From Octopus vulgaris (Eukaryota), in contig OX597817.1 of assembly GCA_951406725.2 (NCBI GenBank), positions 36,766,001-36,830,000 on the forward strand: 64,000 bases of DNA, given 5' to 3'. Below, piece after piece: positions 12,326 through 26,443 of this stretch. The first letter of the stretch is position 1. Each line of letters begins with the position of its first letter. The position numbers and the translations under genes were made by a program. The notes beneath the pieces were generated by a model that ran no database searches, was not told the DNA's origin, and saw nothing but the letters and a program-made list of their open reading frames with translations.

Positions 12326-13637
12326 TGGTCCTAAGCACGCCTGCACCTAGCCACAGTTATAATTACTACCCTTGAATCTGAAGAATCGCATACAAATTAA
12401 GACTGCATTAGTACTTTAGTAAATGCATTTATATACATCAGACCTTGTGATTAGTAAACTTAAAACTAAAACATTACGTACAAATAGCCTCCGAAATAGA
12501 TCAAAATGTGTAATACTACCACTATACCTGCTTTAGTATGTAAACTTCCCTTAACTTTTTATCTCATCAGTGAAACCAAATTACCACCATAGTTGGGTCA
12601 CATTCTTAGTTATAAACCCATAACCAGACGAGCATATACACGCTTTTATACAATAATTATACTTAGACAAGCATACGCATTGTAGATAACTATTTTCTGC
12701 GTTATATATTTAAGTGCATAAATCTATATATACAAGTTTGTAAGAGTAAGTGTGTATATACGTTCTTAAATGTACATGTGAGTTTGTATAGGTGTAGTAA
12801 AGAGTATGTATCTATGTAAGCGTGTGTTAAATTGTTGATACAGGATACAGAGGAAGATTTTCAGATGTAAGGATAGATAAAAATATATGAAAACAAATAA
12901 ATAAATATAGCTTATCTTTAATGAAGTCAGTCGGTGCGTTATGGCGGTAAACTCCATCATTCTTATCTAAAAGCTCCATTTAGTGCAGTAAAGAAGTAAA
13001 CATAATGCCCAGAAGAACCCTTCATAGAATAGCAATAGCATTATATCACTAAACCCTCCATTTTCTCAATAAATGGAATCGTGGCCTTGTATGCAATTAA
13101 GAATATTGCAGTTTTAGGCTGGAAACTAAATACATTTAGCGTCTGTTTATCTAACTCCATTAAGGGTCTAACAATAATCGATGATTGTGTGAAATAAGTT
13201 GCACTGCCGAAAACGAATTCTGATAAAGCTATAATCAAAATTGTTGTTTGTCTTTTCTCTCTTCAAAAAATACCGTCTCCAACAGACAGTATGCACAAAC
13301 GTACAAAAAATCTTAATTCAATGATTTTTTGGAACTTCAAAATTATTATCAATAAAACAGAATTAGGTATCATTCTAAGAGGCATAACAACAACACTAGT
13401 TCACGGTCCTAAAATTGATTTATATCAATATTATGGAGACAGTCAAAGGAATGCTATGCGTTTGAGGATAGCAAAAATGTTATCCAAGGGTTTGCGGTGG
13501 CAGTCACTGTTCAGTCACTTAATAAGCGGTAAATCGCAAATAAATGTCTTTCATTGGAAGAACTACTGTCTAAAAGAAGTATACATTGGATAATGCAGTC
13601 CTGATACAGAAAAATACGGTGGTCGTGATACAGAAAA

Positions 13638-13868
13638 AAGGCGGTGAGCTGGCAGAAACGTTAGCACGCCGGACGAAATGCATAGAAGTATTTCGTCTGC
13701 CGCTACGTTCTGAGTTCAAATTCCGCCAAGGTCGACTTTGCCTTTCATCCTTTCGGGGTCAATAAATTAAGTACCAGTTAAGAACTGGGGTCGATGTAAC
13801 CGACTGAATTCCTTTGTCTAACCTTGTTTGTCTCTATGTTTAGCGCTTTGTGGGCAATAAAGAAATAA
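13638..13868 (+). mobile_element. SINE family B
   Basis: Full-length homology to 5866-6120. Confidence 0.9.
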
Positions 13869-14379
13869 AAAGACGGTGGTCGAAGCCAGAATAGATTTCA
13901 TCTTTGGTCTGCTTCAACATTAACATCAACGATCTTTATATACCCTTCATTGCCAGCATCCACTGCGTCTTGCTGCCGTTATTCTACATATCCGAAAATC
14001 TACACTTCTGTGTATCCCTATCAAGAGATATATTTTATAACAAGCTTCTTGATTTGCATCAAGCATCTCTTTAGGGGTCATGGAATGAATTTGAACTTGA
14101 ATATTCTCCAGAAGCTATCTGACGTTTTAATAGCATATATTCAAACGTTAGTAAGCGGTTTCATCTTAATATATAAAACAGAGTTTGTGTGTGTGTGTAT
14201 GTGTCTGTCTTAATATATGTATGGAAATGTATGTCAGAGTTTAAGTGTGTGCGAGTGTGTGCGGTAATTTTTAAACTTAGGACTCAGACAATTAAATACA
14301 CACACATTCACACATCAACACATACATATGCATGTGTATGAGTATTATGTGTCTGTGAATGTGAATGTTTGTTTCCCGG

Positions 14380-15504
14380 TTACGCCGCTTTAATGAGCCC
14401 ACATCTAATGAAGTAGCCATCCTTGTGGTAGGTGATCCTCATGAAAATCGTGATATTCTCAAACATGTTTCAGAGACTCATCCCACTTATCATGCTCTCC
14501 CGTATCCTCTTATTTTGTGGAATGGACAAGATGGGTATCATTTCAATATTCCACAGATTGAATCTGTAACAGGACAGCCACTTACAAACTAAAAGGCGTC
14601 ATCAAATAACTTCTATACATACAGAACAATCAAATCAATTACACATGTACTCTTTATACACTTTTTATACTCTTTTACTTGTTTCAGTCATTTGACTGCG
14701 GCCATGCTGGAGCACCGCCTTTAGTCGAGCAAATCGACCCCGGGACTTATTCTTTGTAAGCCCAGTACTTATTCTATCGGTCTCTTTTGCCGAACCGCTA
14801 AGTAACGGGGACATAAACACACCAGCATCGGTTTCAAGCAATGCTAGGGGGACAAACACAGACACACACACACACATATATATATACATATATACGACGG
14901 GCTTCTTTCAGTTTCCGTCTACCAAATCCACTCACAAGGCTTTGGTCGGCCCGAGGCTATAGTAGAAGACACTTGCCCAAGATGCCACGCAGTGGGACTG
15001 AACCCGGAACCATGTGGTTGGTAAGCAAGCTACTTACCACACAGCCACTCCTGCGTATCGTGATTTATTTCAGCAATACCTGGTTGATATATATGCTAAA
15101 GTTGAGAGTGAGCGTCTCCTCTACATTCGTAACAATAAAACAAATTGGCTAAAAATTATGTTCATCCCCATGATGCTTTCCATGTCCTAGAAGCAACAAT
15201 TATAACAGGTAGTCAGAAAGGAGAAAATATATTTATTCCAAAATTTCTTCTCACACCTACAGATGATCCATTTGAATTTAAGACACTTTAGTTTCCAGTC
15301 AAGCTAAATTTTAGTATTTCAATAAACAAATCTCAGTGTCAGTCCCTCAAGGTAGTCGGACTTGATCTCTCTACTACATTCTTCTCACATGGCCAGCTCT
15401 ATGTTGCTTGCTCGCGAGTTGGAAGCAGTAACAATTCAATCATTTCGACACCAACAAAAAATTACACAATGAATATTGTTTACCCTGAGGTGCTTCAACA
15501 TTGA
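14380..15504 (+). pseudogene. Helitron RepHel remnants: Rep-proximal segments fused to Pif1-like helicase C-terminus
   Basis: RRFNEPTSNEVA..HPTYHALPYPLILWNGQDGY (14380-14540); YRDLFQQYLVDIYAKVESERLLYIR (from 15056); HVLEATIITG..FPVKLNFSISINKSQCQSL..FSHGQLYVACSRV..NIVYPEVL (15181-15504, one internal stop); interrupted by a SINE. Confidence 0.85.
14663..15055 (-). mobile_element. SINE family A nested in Helitron
   Basis: Full-length, low-divergence copy. Confidence 0.92.
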
Positions 15505-16064
15505 CAGATTTTCTGTTATCATTACAATTTGGATATTTTTTTAATAAAGCATAGATATTTTGAAATAATTATGAGAATATATCTTTATATTTATTGTTTA
15601 CTAAACTGAATAACAACTGCAGTAACCCGGGTCATTCACCTAGTATAACAAATTAGAGAAAATAATTTCTTATTTTATTGTTTCCCATTTAAATCTGTAT
15701 ATCTTGCTATCATATCAGGTTTTCTTACAGGGCGACACCACTACTTTTAACAATACTGACAAACAAATTTAATAAAAAATATATAAACAATATATATATT
15801 TATTGATTTAAAATTTTGGAACAAGGACGAAACGCCAGTAACCAGTTTGCCCGACGCTCTTATGATATATATATATATAGCCAATAGAATGGAGTATGTT
15901 TAGAAAGGGACCAGTGCAAAAGTATATATTTTTCACACACGATGAATGCCTAAGCCTCGAATACAACCAGCTTTTTGGTAATTCTAAGGGTGAACGAGCA
16001 CTATTTTGCACTGTAATACGTTCCTAACGGAATGCACTTTAAATTTACACACACACACATCTTA

Positions 16065-16103
<39 letters not shown>

Positions 16104-16283
16104 TACCAACACCATCCTGCCACACATCATATAACACTGAATCCTTTTATGTAATTTGTGGAAGTTTCTTCTCTATTACATCGTTCCCAATCCCACTCCA
16201 CAAGCGACCAGTGTAGCAGTAAGCCGAAACGATCATTTTGCTTATTAAAGCTTCTAGTGCACTCTGTCTTCCGTACCAATCAT

Positions 16284-16517
<234 letters not shown>

Positions 16518-17689
16518 ATATATATATGTATATATTTATATATATATCTTGTGTTATTTCTATTTAGTTCTACTTATTTTATTATTAGATAATCGCTCTC
16601 ATTATTGACATCCCATCAACTCTGCTAAAGCAGAACCAAGTTTCGTAGGAGTTCGCTTGACCGACTACGAGTAAACCCCAATTCATTGTTCCAGACATAC
16701 AATGGCTATACCTAATGATTTACTATATTGTACACTCTGATATGCTGTGCTTCATTATATATCCTGTGTATAGACCTCTCTGCTATCCAAAATGTTTGTA
16801 TGTCGTTTAGCTTTGGTACTGGTCACAGTTGAGGTGAGCAATGTACACTTGGCTGGAATATCCCCCTGTGAGATGGAAGGTACTGAAATGTTTAAAGGAA
16901 AATTCCATCCTATGACATTTCCGCCAAGGGGCGGAATCTATTGCCACACATAGTTTGATTCCTTATTTTATGACTAAAAGTTTACTGATTACATAGATAC
17001 TAGCTTATAAATGTGTGCTGGAAGTGAGTTACCCATTTAACTGACATCACTAGATACATTTCATATTTAAATTTCTGTATTAATCATTATCGACACAGAT
17101 AGGATTTGAACTCACAACGTAAAAGCAAGCAAAATATCTTACGCTAGGCTGCTACTATTATTTCCCTGATATTAAACTGACGAATAAGATGATAGTAGTA
17201 GGTAGAAGTGTCAGAACGTTCAATAAAATACCTTGCATTATCTCTTTCAACTTCTTGCGTTCTGAGTTCAAATCCTACCGAGCCCCAACCAGTCTTGCAT
17301 TGGAGTCGATTGCATCGATAACTCCCCTTTCTTCCAACTGTATCTAAATCAGGAATTTATAAAATTGAAGATTGGAGATTTCGTATTAGGTTTCGAATTC
17401 TAAAAAGCAGAAATTACAGCGATTGGATATCTATATTCTGCACAAATATTCCTAACAGTGAAATAAAAAATAGTCCCTTGCCTCCTTTTCAATAGAGTAT
17501 CATCTACTGAAGTGATGGTTATCTGTTGCTAATAATATATTCCAGGCTGACTCGCGCTTTTTACAACTTTAGCATCTGATTGTCCATTTTCTGAGAGGTA
17601 TATTTTGTATGCATGTGGTGAAATATAACTATGAAACTATGAGTTATGCTAGTGGTAACAAATTCTCAAGAGAGTTGAACTGCCGAACT

Positions 17690-18290
17690 TCAGAGAAGTA
17701 ACCCCACTCAGGCAAGTGTTTCGGCTCTTAACTCTTGACACTATAAGGAGGGGCCGGCCGCATCCACGTCATGATACCTGGATGCCCTTCTGCTGACACT
17801 TTTTATCACACTTTGATATCAGAAACTTGTGCATATAAACGGCTTGGAGATTTTATCTTGCAACCCATTTCCGTTTACAAGCTTTCAAACTTATACTAAA
17901 AGAAGAAATAACATGGTGGTCATGGTAGGAGGGAAACGTCAACACTATAACAATGGTTCAGTGAAAGTCAATTCCTTTTACGTTAAAATACAAAAACATC
18001 GCCTTCAAAGAGTTTGGAGGTAGTTTTTGTTCCTCATTGACCCTATCTAGCCAGAACATCTCTCCGCTACCTTTGGTATTGCTTTTTGGGCTTTGGTCCG
18101 GTTCTTCTCAGATACTGAGTATTGTTTCATTAAAGGGTAAGCAGATTTGCCCTAAACATCTCTGGCTGCAACCTCTGTGGCAATAGAATTAACCCGCAAG
18201 TTGGTTCCCTCGGGCTGTTAGCTAGACTGATGCAAAAAGTTAGTGCTCCTCCAGCAGGGCTCTAGTAAAAGTTACCTGCTCTTAGAGGCG
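17690..18290 (-). mobile_element. Decayed 3' end of a restriction-like-endonuclease LINE (HERO/NeSL-like)
   Basis: Minus strand reads IATEVAARDV*GKSAYPLMKQYSVSEKNRTKAQKAIPKVAERCSG*I, resembling the EVGARG..S...A...AE..S.W C-terminus of these LINEs. Confidence 0.45.
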
Positions 18291-19579
18291 TCTCTTCCGC
18301 GAGTATCAGTGATATTTCTTTAGCACTAAGAGAAATATTTTGGTTCCGGAGATTATACGGTAATGATGCTTGTATTTATGCTGTCGACCTTTCAGTCACT
18401 ATTTTCATTTTTTATGGCATAGTCGTCGAAAGAAAGGGAGTGCCTATGAAAGTTTTCAAGAAATGCGAGACGAGTTGGAGGGAAGATTAAATAGCTGTTA
18501 CAACAGACGATAGATTAAGTCTAATTGTTATTCGAGCAGCTGCTATTTTGTAATCAGTTGCCAGCAGGTCTTAATTATAATGTAATGTGAAGAAAAAAAA
18601 TCGTGTTGCAGGATGGGTGCGAAAGTTTCTGTTATGTTATGTGTTAAAACCCTGTGAAGACTCTGACGTCAAATAAAAGTAAATATAAAGCTGCAAATTA
18701 GGAGAGTACTCAAAGCATCGTTAAAATTGCAGTATTTGTTAGTGCTCTCTGCGATCTGAGTTCAAATTTCACCTTGGTCATCTTTACATTTTATCACCTC
18801 AAGGTTGGTAAAGTAGTGGTCCACTACCCGTGGCCATTGTTACTGTGTCTCTCTCCTTTATTCGTCTGTATGTCTCACGGGAAGAAATTTGCTGTAGTGA
18901 GGTCTGGAGAAGGAATAGGTTCAGCGAGATTTAGATGCCCCTGACACGCTTTATGTGACGAAGGCACCCCTAAGACTCCAGTCAGGTCATGCCTTGAAGC
19001 AATACATTGCAATCCCGTTAAACTGACCAACAGCTGCAAATTTCTAGCTTTGTGCAAATGTAGGAAATCAATATAAATGAACAGGTCAAGTAGTTGGGGT
19101 ATGAAAAAAATAAAAGAAATTAGAATTTAATGCAAGGAAGGCCAGAAAAAAAGACAAAGTTCACTCAGTAACTTCAAAATTTTCAACAAAAACAAAAACA
19201 ATGTTGTTTGTTCGAGAAAAAAAAATAGCAAAAAATATCAACAACTTCTGATGAACTATCAGTTGCAATATAGCAGTAAACATTTCCAACATTCCAATGT
19301 GTTTTAGAACAAAGAAATGTGTTGTAATAAACCAAGAACGATATGAAAAATATATGGAACGGGTTGTGGTTGGGTGTTTGGGTGACAGAAGGATTAATTT
19401 ATGGCAGCTAAACCATGAGAACTGCATTATTGATAGCCGGTCACTGAGTACTGTAACAAAAGCTTGGTTTGTATACAAAGTATGTTGTCAAAATTTCAAC
19501 GAAAACATATTGAGATTAACTGCAAAAACGATACATAATAATCGTTTGTTAAATAAACAATCCGTTAGTGATGGTTCTT

Positions 19580-20085
19580 ATTCCTCCTTTTCTCATCTTT
19601 CCTTTCCTTCCTTCTCCCTTTACTTCTTGTTTTTTCATTTTTTTCCTTCCTTTTCTTTTCTTTCGTTTTCTTCTTTACGTGTTCTTCTTCTTCATTTTTC
19701 ATTTCCTCCTCTTTCTCTCTTTCTTCTTCTTGTTCTTGTTCTTCTTTTTGTTCTCCTTCTTCTTCTTCTCCTCCTCCTCCTCCTCCCTTCTCTCTCCTTC
19801 CTCTTCTCTCTCCTTCCTCTTCTCCTCCATCCTCCTCCCTATTCTCCCTCTTTCCTCTTCATCGTCGCCTTCCTCTTGTTCTTCTTCTTGTTCTTCTTCT
19901 CCTTCTTCCTCTTCTCCTCCCCCTCTCCCTCTCCCTATTCTCTCTCTTTCCTTTTCTTCTTCGTCGCCTTCCTCTTGTTCTTCTTGTTCCCTCCCTTTGT
20001 CTTCGTCTTCTGGTTCTTCCTTTTCGTCTTTTTCCTTTGTTTCTATTTCTTCTCTTTTCTTCTTTGTTTCATTGTCTTCTTTTTT
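19580..20085. repeat. Polypyrimidine low-complexity tract (CTT/CCT-derived)
   Basis: Direct reading; explains the 268-aa and 179-aa F/L/S-rich ORFs. Confidence 0.9.
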
Positions 20086-20807
20086 TCAAACCCAAGTGAA
20101 TGAATGACTTGATAATTTTATTAATTTGTTTTCAGTATAATTAATTACTTGTATTAATATATAATTCAATTATGTTGCTATTGTCATTTTACTGTACTTG
20201 AAATCATCACAAATTACTCGGAAATAATAAATGCTACGCTATTGGCCTGCGTTCTGTGATGATCGGAAGCCCGATTGATACGGGGTTCGAATTCCTTTGA
20301 GACTCCTGTTATAGCATAAATGCAGGTAATTTACTTTGGGGTTCGACTATACGAAAAGGTATTGAATTCTTTAAACTCTCAACCTTTTAAGGGTATCTAT
20401 GACTGCATTATCTAATGCATCTTCTCTTTTTTAAGGCAGTGGCTAGGTTAGAAATCCCTACTTTGCAGTTCTTCGGTTGATTTTAAGGGCCAAATATCGC
20501 TGGAATATACAACTTGTATTAAATATACATCCACATAAATGAATTCTTAATGTTTTCAGTAGACCTTCAGTATTTGAAACAATATTATTCTCCACCAGCA
20601 TCACTACAAAATAAGGTGTGATGTTACTACTGTATTACAAACCATGAGATTCAACCATGAGGTCAACTAAAGCAAGGGAAGACTACACCTGAAGACTACA
20701 CCGTTAGTTACAGCATCTGACTGTTTTCTTCATGCTAATTTCTACTGATCCTATGAAAAAACCCTCGCCATCTAAAATTCCTGGTATTAAACTTTCTTAA
20801 ATGTATT

Positions 20808-20971
20808 TTTTCTCTCCTTGTTTCTCTCCTTGTTTTTTTCTGTGAACCTTTCTGTAGAAGAGCATAGGCTCGAAACGTAAAATGCTTTTTCTATTCCTGA
20901 GCGTTATACTAATACATGTGTTTGTTTTGTACACCACCTGTCTTCATCTTTTGCTTTTTTCGTAAACTTTC
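20808..20971 (+). mobile_element. Family H1-related hammerhead-bearing element with 12-bp flanking direct repeat
   Basis: UUU-CUGUAGA-A-GAGC/AUAG/GCUC-GAAAC-GUA^AAA at 20849-20882; cttaaatgtatt at 20796-20807 and 20972-20983. Confidence 0.65.
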
Positions 20972-23007
20972 CTTAAATGTATTAATTATTCTGTACTCTT
21001 TCACATACCTCCCCCTCAGTATGTTTTCGTTGATTGCTCACTGAATAGTTTCCCCAGCACATCTTCATATTTGTCACGGTTTATTCCATTCCTCAATCAC
21101 CGAGTTACGATTACTCATAGTAACGTTAATTACATTCCTGTTATCTAGTTATCTCTTTGCCATTCTGTGAGTGTCTGGCAAAACTGAATACACTTCCATT
21201 TTCTATTTGTCTTATGAATTAAAAATGATGATGAAAAACACGAAGAGATTTAATATTATTGGTAACAGAGACAGTATTGACCGTTAATTACAAGACAAAA
21301 AAGTGCTATAGCAATCTGTGCGTGTCTCTTTTTATCCTCCCTTCCCCTTTCCCTTCATTCGCTCTCTGAATAGAAAGAACTGCAATAAATTGACAAGGTG
21401 AATTTAGTAATAAGGTGTTATATGACCAACATCCTAGTCCAGACAGTAAGTTCCGGCTAACATGGGAGTACGAGCAATTTTAATTCTCGACTGCAATAAT
21501 TTCACTTCGCCTTCGGTGAAGACGTCAACACACCGTACACATCTTATTTCTAGAACACATTGTCTTTGTTCATATTTAAAAACAAATAAAATATTGCGGA
21601 ATTAATATATATAGACAGAATATACATCAACTGAAATATCTTGTTTCCTCCCATGCGTTTCCGAATACTTAACAGTTTGAAATTAACTTGTGTTTCACCC
21701 TTGGGTTCGAAAACGTTATTAACAATATGCAAATGAAACGCGTTTGTAACAGATAACTCTGGAAGATATATAATTTACTTAATTGATCTATGTTCCACAA
21801 GCCGAGTCTTACATTGTATATACTCTTACGAAAATTTTTCTTTTAACTCTTTATAGCTTGTAACTGGTAAGAGAGAAAAAAGCAGTTTGTTTCATCTTGT
21901 AGAGCTATGTAAGAAGTTTTCTGAGCTAGTAAGAATCATTATGAAATTGCTCATTGTGTTAATGCCCTTGAGAGGGAAGCGGCGTACATTGTCGTATACT
22001 TCTTCCCGACAAATTTGTACGTTGAGTGTATATAAACAACCATTACTATTAAAGAGTCAGACATAAGAAGTGAGTTAAAAGAAATGCTTACATATCTATA
22101 TGCCGTTACCCTGCGTTCTTGCTTAGTGTTCAACCGAGAAAGATTTTGTCTATCATCCACCATTTTCAATATACAAGCATAAGTTCAGTCATCTATGAAA
22201 AATATTTCTGCCAAATGTTTGGTTCAAGGGGAGTTACAATTAAACACTTGAGCTTAAACATTCACGCATGCGCTAACGTAACAAACACATGATCTTAGAC
22301 ACTAAAGATACTCTTAAACACGGGCACAAATGCACATATACAAGAATACATACATAAAAGCCATTCACTCTCTTCCAAAACGTGCACACAGAGATCAAAG
22401 CAGACCAGCAGCAGGGAATTATACAGATAAGGAAGACATCCAATCTGGGCTACAGGTGTATTTTACAAATATAGCCATTCATGTCAATATCCATATAAAC
22501 GTTATATTTTCATTTAGAAGGCCATGGACTTGCAGTTTGAGACCAGGAGATAGCTACGAAATACATAATATACGACACTATATGAAAGAAATATTCAAGA
22601 TTCGACCGGAAATGTTAGATTTATGTCAAATTCATGTTATGAGGAACATATTAACTGTGAGTAGCAGCTTTTCTATATGTTGTTGCAGTGTGTGCAATGT
22701 TGTCCGTAAAAAAAAGCACTGCTCTTCCGTTGAATTCACACCAACATGAAGATTATTTGTGGGACATACTCGTCGAAGTATTTGTCAAATGCAAATGTAT
22801 TTTAATTTTTGTTTTACACATTTTAACTGAAGCCTACAAATGCGCATATTTCAGTTAAAAGATGTAATGCAAGCGCTTTTCTTCTCCAGTGGTATTGATA
22901 AAAGAAGCAACTTCATCGGAAGACACTAACTCACAAAATTACTAGAATAGATCTAACCCATTCTAACACAATATTGGCAGAAATTTAAATCTACGTACAT
23001 TTATACT

Positions 23008-23322
23008 GGGACACCACCTTGAAGAATTTTTAGTTGACTGAATCGACTCTAGTACTTATTTTTGTAGAGCCTAGTACTAATTTTATACGTCTCTTGGCCA
23101 AGCCGCTAAGTTACCGTTACGTAACACACCAGCACTGATTATCAAGCTGTGGTAGAGAACAAAAGCATACACAAAAGACATACAGAAACGTACACACATA
23201 TGTATGTAAGTATGTATGTATGTACACACACATACACGACTGGCTTCTTTCAGCTTTGTCTACCGAATCCACTCACAAGGCTTTGGTCGGGCCAAGGATC
23301 CGCGCAGTGAGACTGAACCCGG
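23008..23322 (-). mobile_element. SINE family A, degenerate
   Basis: Homology to other copies, with an internal deletion. Confidence 0.75.
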
Positions 23323-24025
23323 ACCCAGAAACCAGCTCCTTGTTCGGAGGAAGTGTTTTCTTTATTGGAAAAATTCTTTATAGAAAATAATCTAAAAGAG
23401 AATATAACGTACATACTCAGGAGCTCTTGACTCACTATTTAGTAGGAGCTCATTTTTGTGCTTCCTCTCGTAGGATCATAATGACGAAAAACCGTAAGAG
23501 AGTGGGAAAAACAGAATTTTACTCAGTAGACACCATCGGCACGTCAATGGAATATGCAGCACCCGGGGGATCGTGACCAGTTCTTCCTTTGCAACAACGT
23601 CTGCGTTCATTCTTGAACAAGGAAAACTACGGTGGTATTTCATTTTGGGAAATGCAGGTAATTACCGCCCTTAACCACGAAATGTCTTCAGGCAAATTAG
23701 TACGCAAAAAAGCGTATCAAGCTTGATAGTGACAAATGATTCTTCCATTTGCTTTTACATGCGTGTATAAAAAAACATAAGCACATGCACATATACATCC
23801 ACATTTTTCAACGACGTTGACTGGCTTTAATTAAGCGCCCTTAGGTTGCTTCTCATCCGAGTGGGTGTCCAAAATTTATCGTGCCCACTAAGCACAAGAT
23901 GATGGATAACATATGGACAGAAATATGCGTACATAATTCAGAGTCAACCAGCGGAAGCAGTCGCAAACTTATTAAATTTCATTGAATATCTCTGAAATTA
24001 ATATCAAAACACATTACCTTGTTAA

Positions 24026-24334
24026 CCTCTTAATATACACAATTTTTTCAATCTCCGTGCAAATGTCATATTTTTTATTATTTTTAATCTGTATGTAAGG
24101 AAGAATAAGTATGCAAATTATTTTGGCTCAGTAATGATTTATTAATAAAGTTACGGATAGAAATGATAGTTACTAATAGTTAAAGATAGGAACAGAAATA
24201 ACATCATGAACGAATTACTTTGGGTTAGAAATAAGTGGCAGATATCTCAGAGTACAGTGAAAGTATATTTTCGTTCAAATAAATATTTACAAGACATCTC
24301 TGAACGAAAATATACGGGATAATATGTTAAGAGG
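24026..24334. mobile_element. piggyBac-type MITE
   Basis: TTAA|cctcttaatata ... tatgttaagagg|TTAA (11/12 terminal inverted repeat match); internal 15-bp inverted repeat gtatattttcgttca/tgaacgaaaatatac. Confidence 0.6.
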
Positions 24335-24641
24335 TTAATGAACTAATTATTCTTTTGATCACGTTGCTTGAAGGAACCTTTTATTCATGATTGTGTTAAA
24401 ATGTAATTGGCCAAGCAGAGCGTTTCTAGAAACAACATGGCTGAACAATACAACATCATAAGAAAGAATCCAAAAGAAAATACGAAAAACAAAACCCAGA
24501 TAGTAAATAGGATAGGTATAGTTGTAGATATAAAAGAACCCGAAAGGATAAAGCGTTCCTGAAGTTAATAACTCAATAATGACTTGTTTGATTGCTATTA
24601 AATGACAAACAGTCTTCTGTTGTCTATTTGTCTATTTGCAC

Positions 24642-24796
24642 CGTTACTTAGCGGTTCGGCAAAAGAAACCGATAGAATAAGTACTAGGCTTACAAAGAAT
24701 AAGTCCTGGGGTTGATTTGCTCGACTAAAGGCGGTGCCCCAGCATGGCCGCAGTCAATTGACTGAAACAAGTTAAAGAGTAAAAGAGTAAAAGAGA
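24642..24796 (+). mobile_element. SINE family A, 3' part
   Basis: acttagcggttcggcaaaag ... (gtaaaaga)n tail. Confidence 0.85.
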
Positions 24797-26162
24797 GAAA
24801 AAAAGTTGGTAGAGCTGTTAACACCTTGAGACGAAATCCTTTGTTGTCTATTCTCTGGTTCCTTACAGTATTTCAAATCCTACCGGGTTCAGTTTTCGCC
24901 CTTCGTCCTTCTAATATCAACATAATAAATTTCCACTCTAGGGTAGTGGATTTTCAGAATCTTTAGAACTGTTATGCGTTTGTTGCAGCTCTTGACATTT
25001 TGATGTAAAATGCTACTATAGATTGCTATGGTGGTAGACATAATCTTTCATCCGTTCCAAAACTACTGACTTACCCTTTGATATATTTAGCAAAGGAGCC
25101 CATCCTGTTGCAAATATTTGGTGCACGTCTTCGGCTTTTATGAAACCTTCCTTAGAGGCCCTAACAAGTATCATGGTCGCTGTCTTGTTTTCTGACTAAA
25201 CCAGAGGAAAATGTTTGTCCGGCAGCAACCAGAACGAAATTGTTTCGGAACAAGATTTCTTTTAAGGTGAAAGGAAGATTTGTGATTTGTAGTACTCACA
25301 CGCGTGTATGTGTATGTGTGGCGACGGAAGTAGTAGTGCTGAATAGCCACCTGTATAGCCTAGTTAACGTGGATATAGTGTAAGAATGACACAATACTGT
25401 AGTATTCGTTTCCTGAGAGCAACTCCTATAGACGCACAGTGCAAAAAAGCACAGAATTATCAGAAGCAAAAAGAAAAAAAGGTGTCCAGCTCCAGCTGGA
25501 AACTGCTTGATCACATGATTTTACTGCATTTGCACGTCATCAGGAACAGGTATCCACTATCACGGCATGCTAGCCAAATAATTTTCTTCTGCTACTGGTA
25601 TGCCTCCGCTTTTTAGCACGATATGTCTATACGAGATACTTTACCAAGGCGAACATTACAGTATTATGGAGCTCTTACAATAATCCACATTGAGTATGAT
25701 GTATGTGTATGTGTCCGCATGCGGCTAAGTTTTCAGTATTATCTTAGAAGAACTAGCACAATATTTCATGATTAAGAAAGCGTATTTCATAGCAATTGAA
25801 AACAATTGCTTCCCACTATGATCCCTGATTATACGGAGTGCGCTTTAACTTTGTATTTACTCTTTTGAGTGGGTGTTCAGAATTTACTTAGCCCATACAA
25901 ATAGACAAAGATGGCAGCATCATTCAGCTCAGGTAGTTATTCACATAACTCAGAGAAAGAGAGAGAGGAGGAGCTTCAGGACAACCAAGAAAGAAGGGGA
26001 AAAAACATTTTTCTTCTTTTCTAAACAAAGCAAAAATGCATCCGATTCATATAAATGAAGAACAACGAAACATTTTGTTTTCATCATTTTGATTTTTGTC
26101 GATAAACATACGAAAGCGCTAATAAAGAATTGTCCAAAATTCTGGCTGCCCCCTTTTTCTCA

Positions 26163-26298
<136 letters not shown>

Positions 26299-26379
26299 AC
26301 TCTGAAAATAATAAAGATAGAAAATTTAGAAAAATTTTCATACCGATGGCTAGCATAAATACGTAAATTGTTTGTACAC

Positions 26380-26443
<64 letters not shown>

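Larger units (their letters stand above)
14164..15643 (+). mobile_element. Internally deleted Helitron with both termini
   Basis: 5' a|TCttaatatataaa; 3' GC-rich acccgggt then CTAG|t at 15640-15643; RepHel coding remnants inside. Confidence 0.85.

Noticed and set aside
14665-15152. Recurrent peptides such as RRASFSFRLPNPLTRLWSARGYSRRHLPK and MRNWYLIYRPRKDE
   Set aside because: Chance frames of SINE A and SINE B, repeated wherever the SINE occurs; not genes.
19297-20107. Longest ORFs (268 and 179 aa), superficially membrane-protein-like
   Set aside because: Open only because the polypyrimidine tract lacks stop codons.
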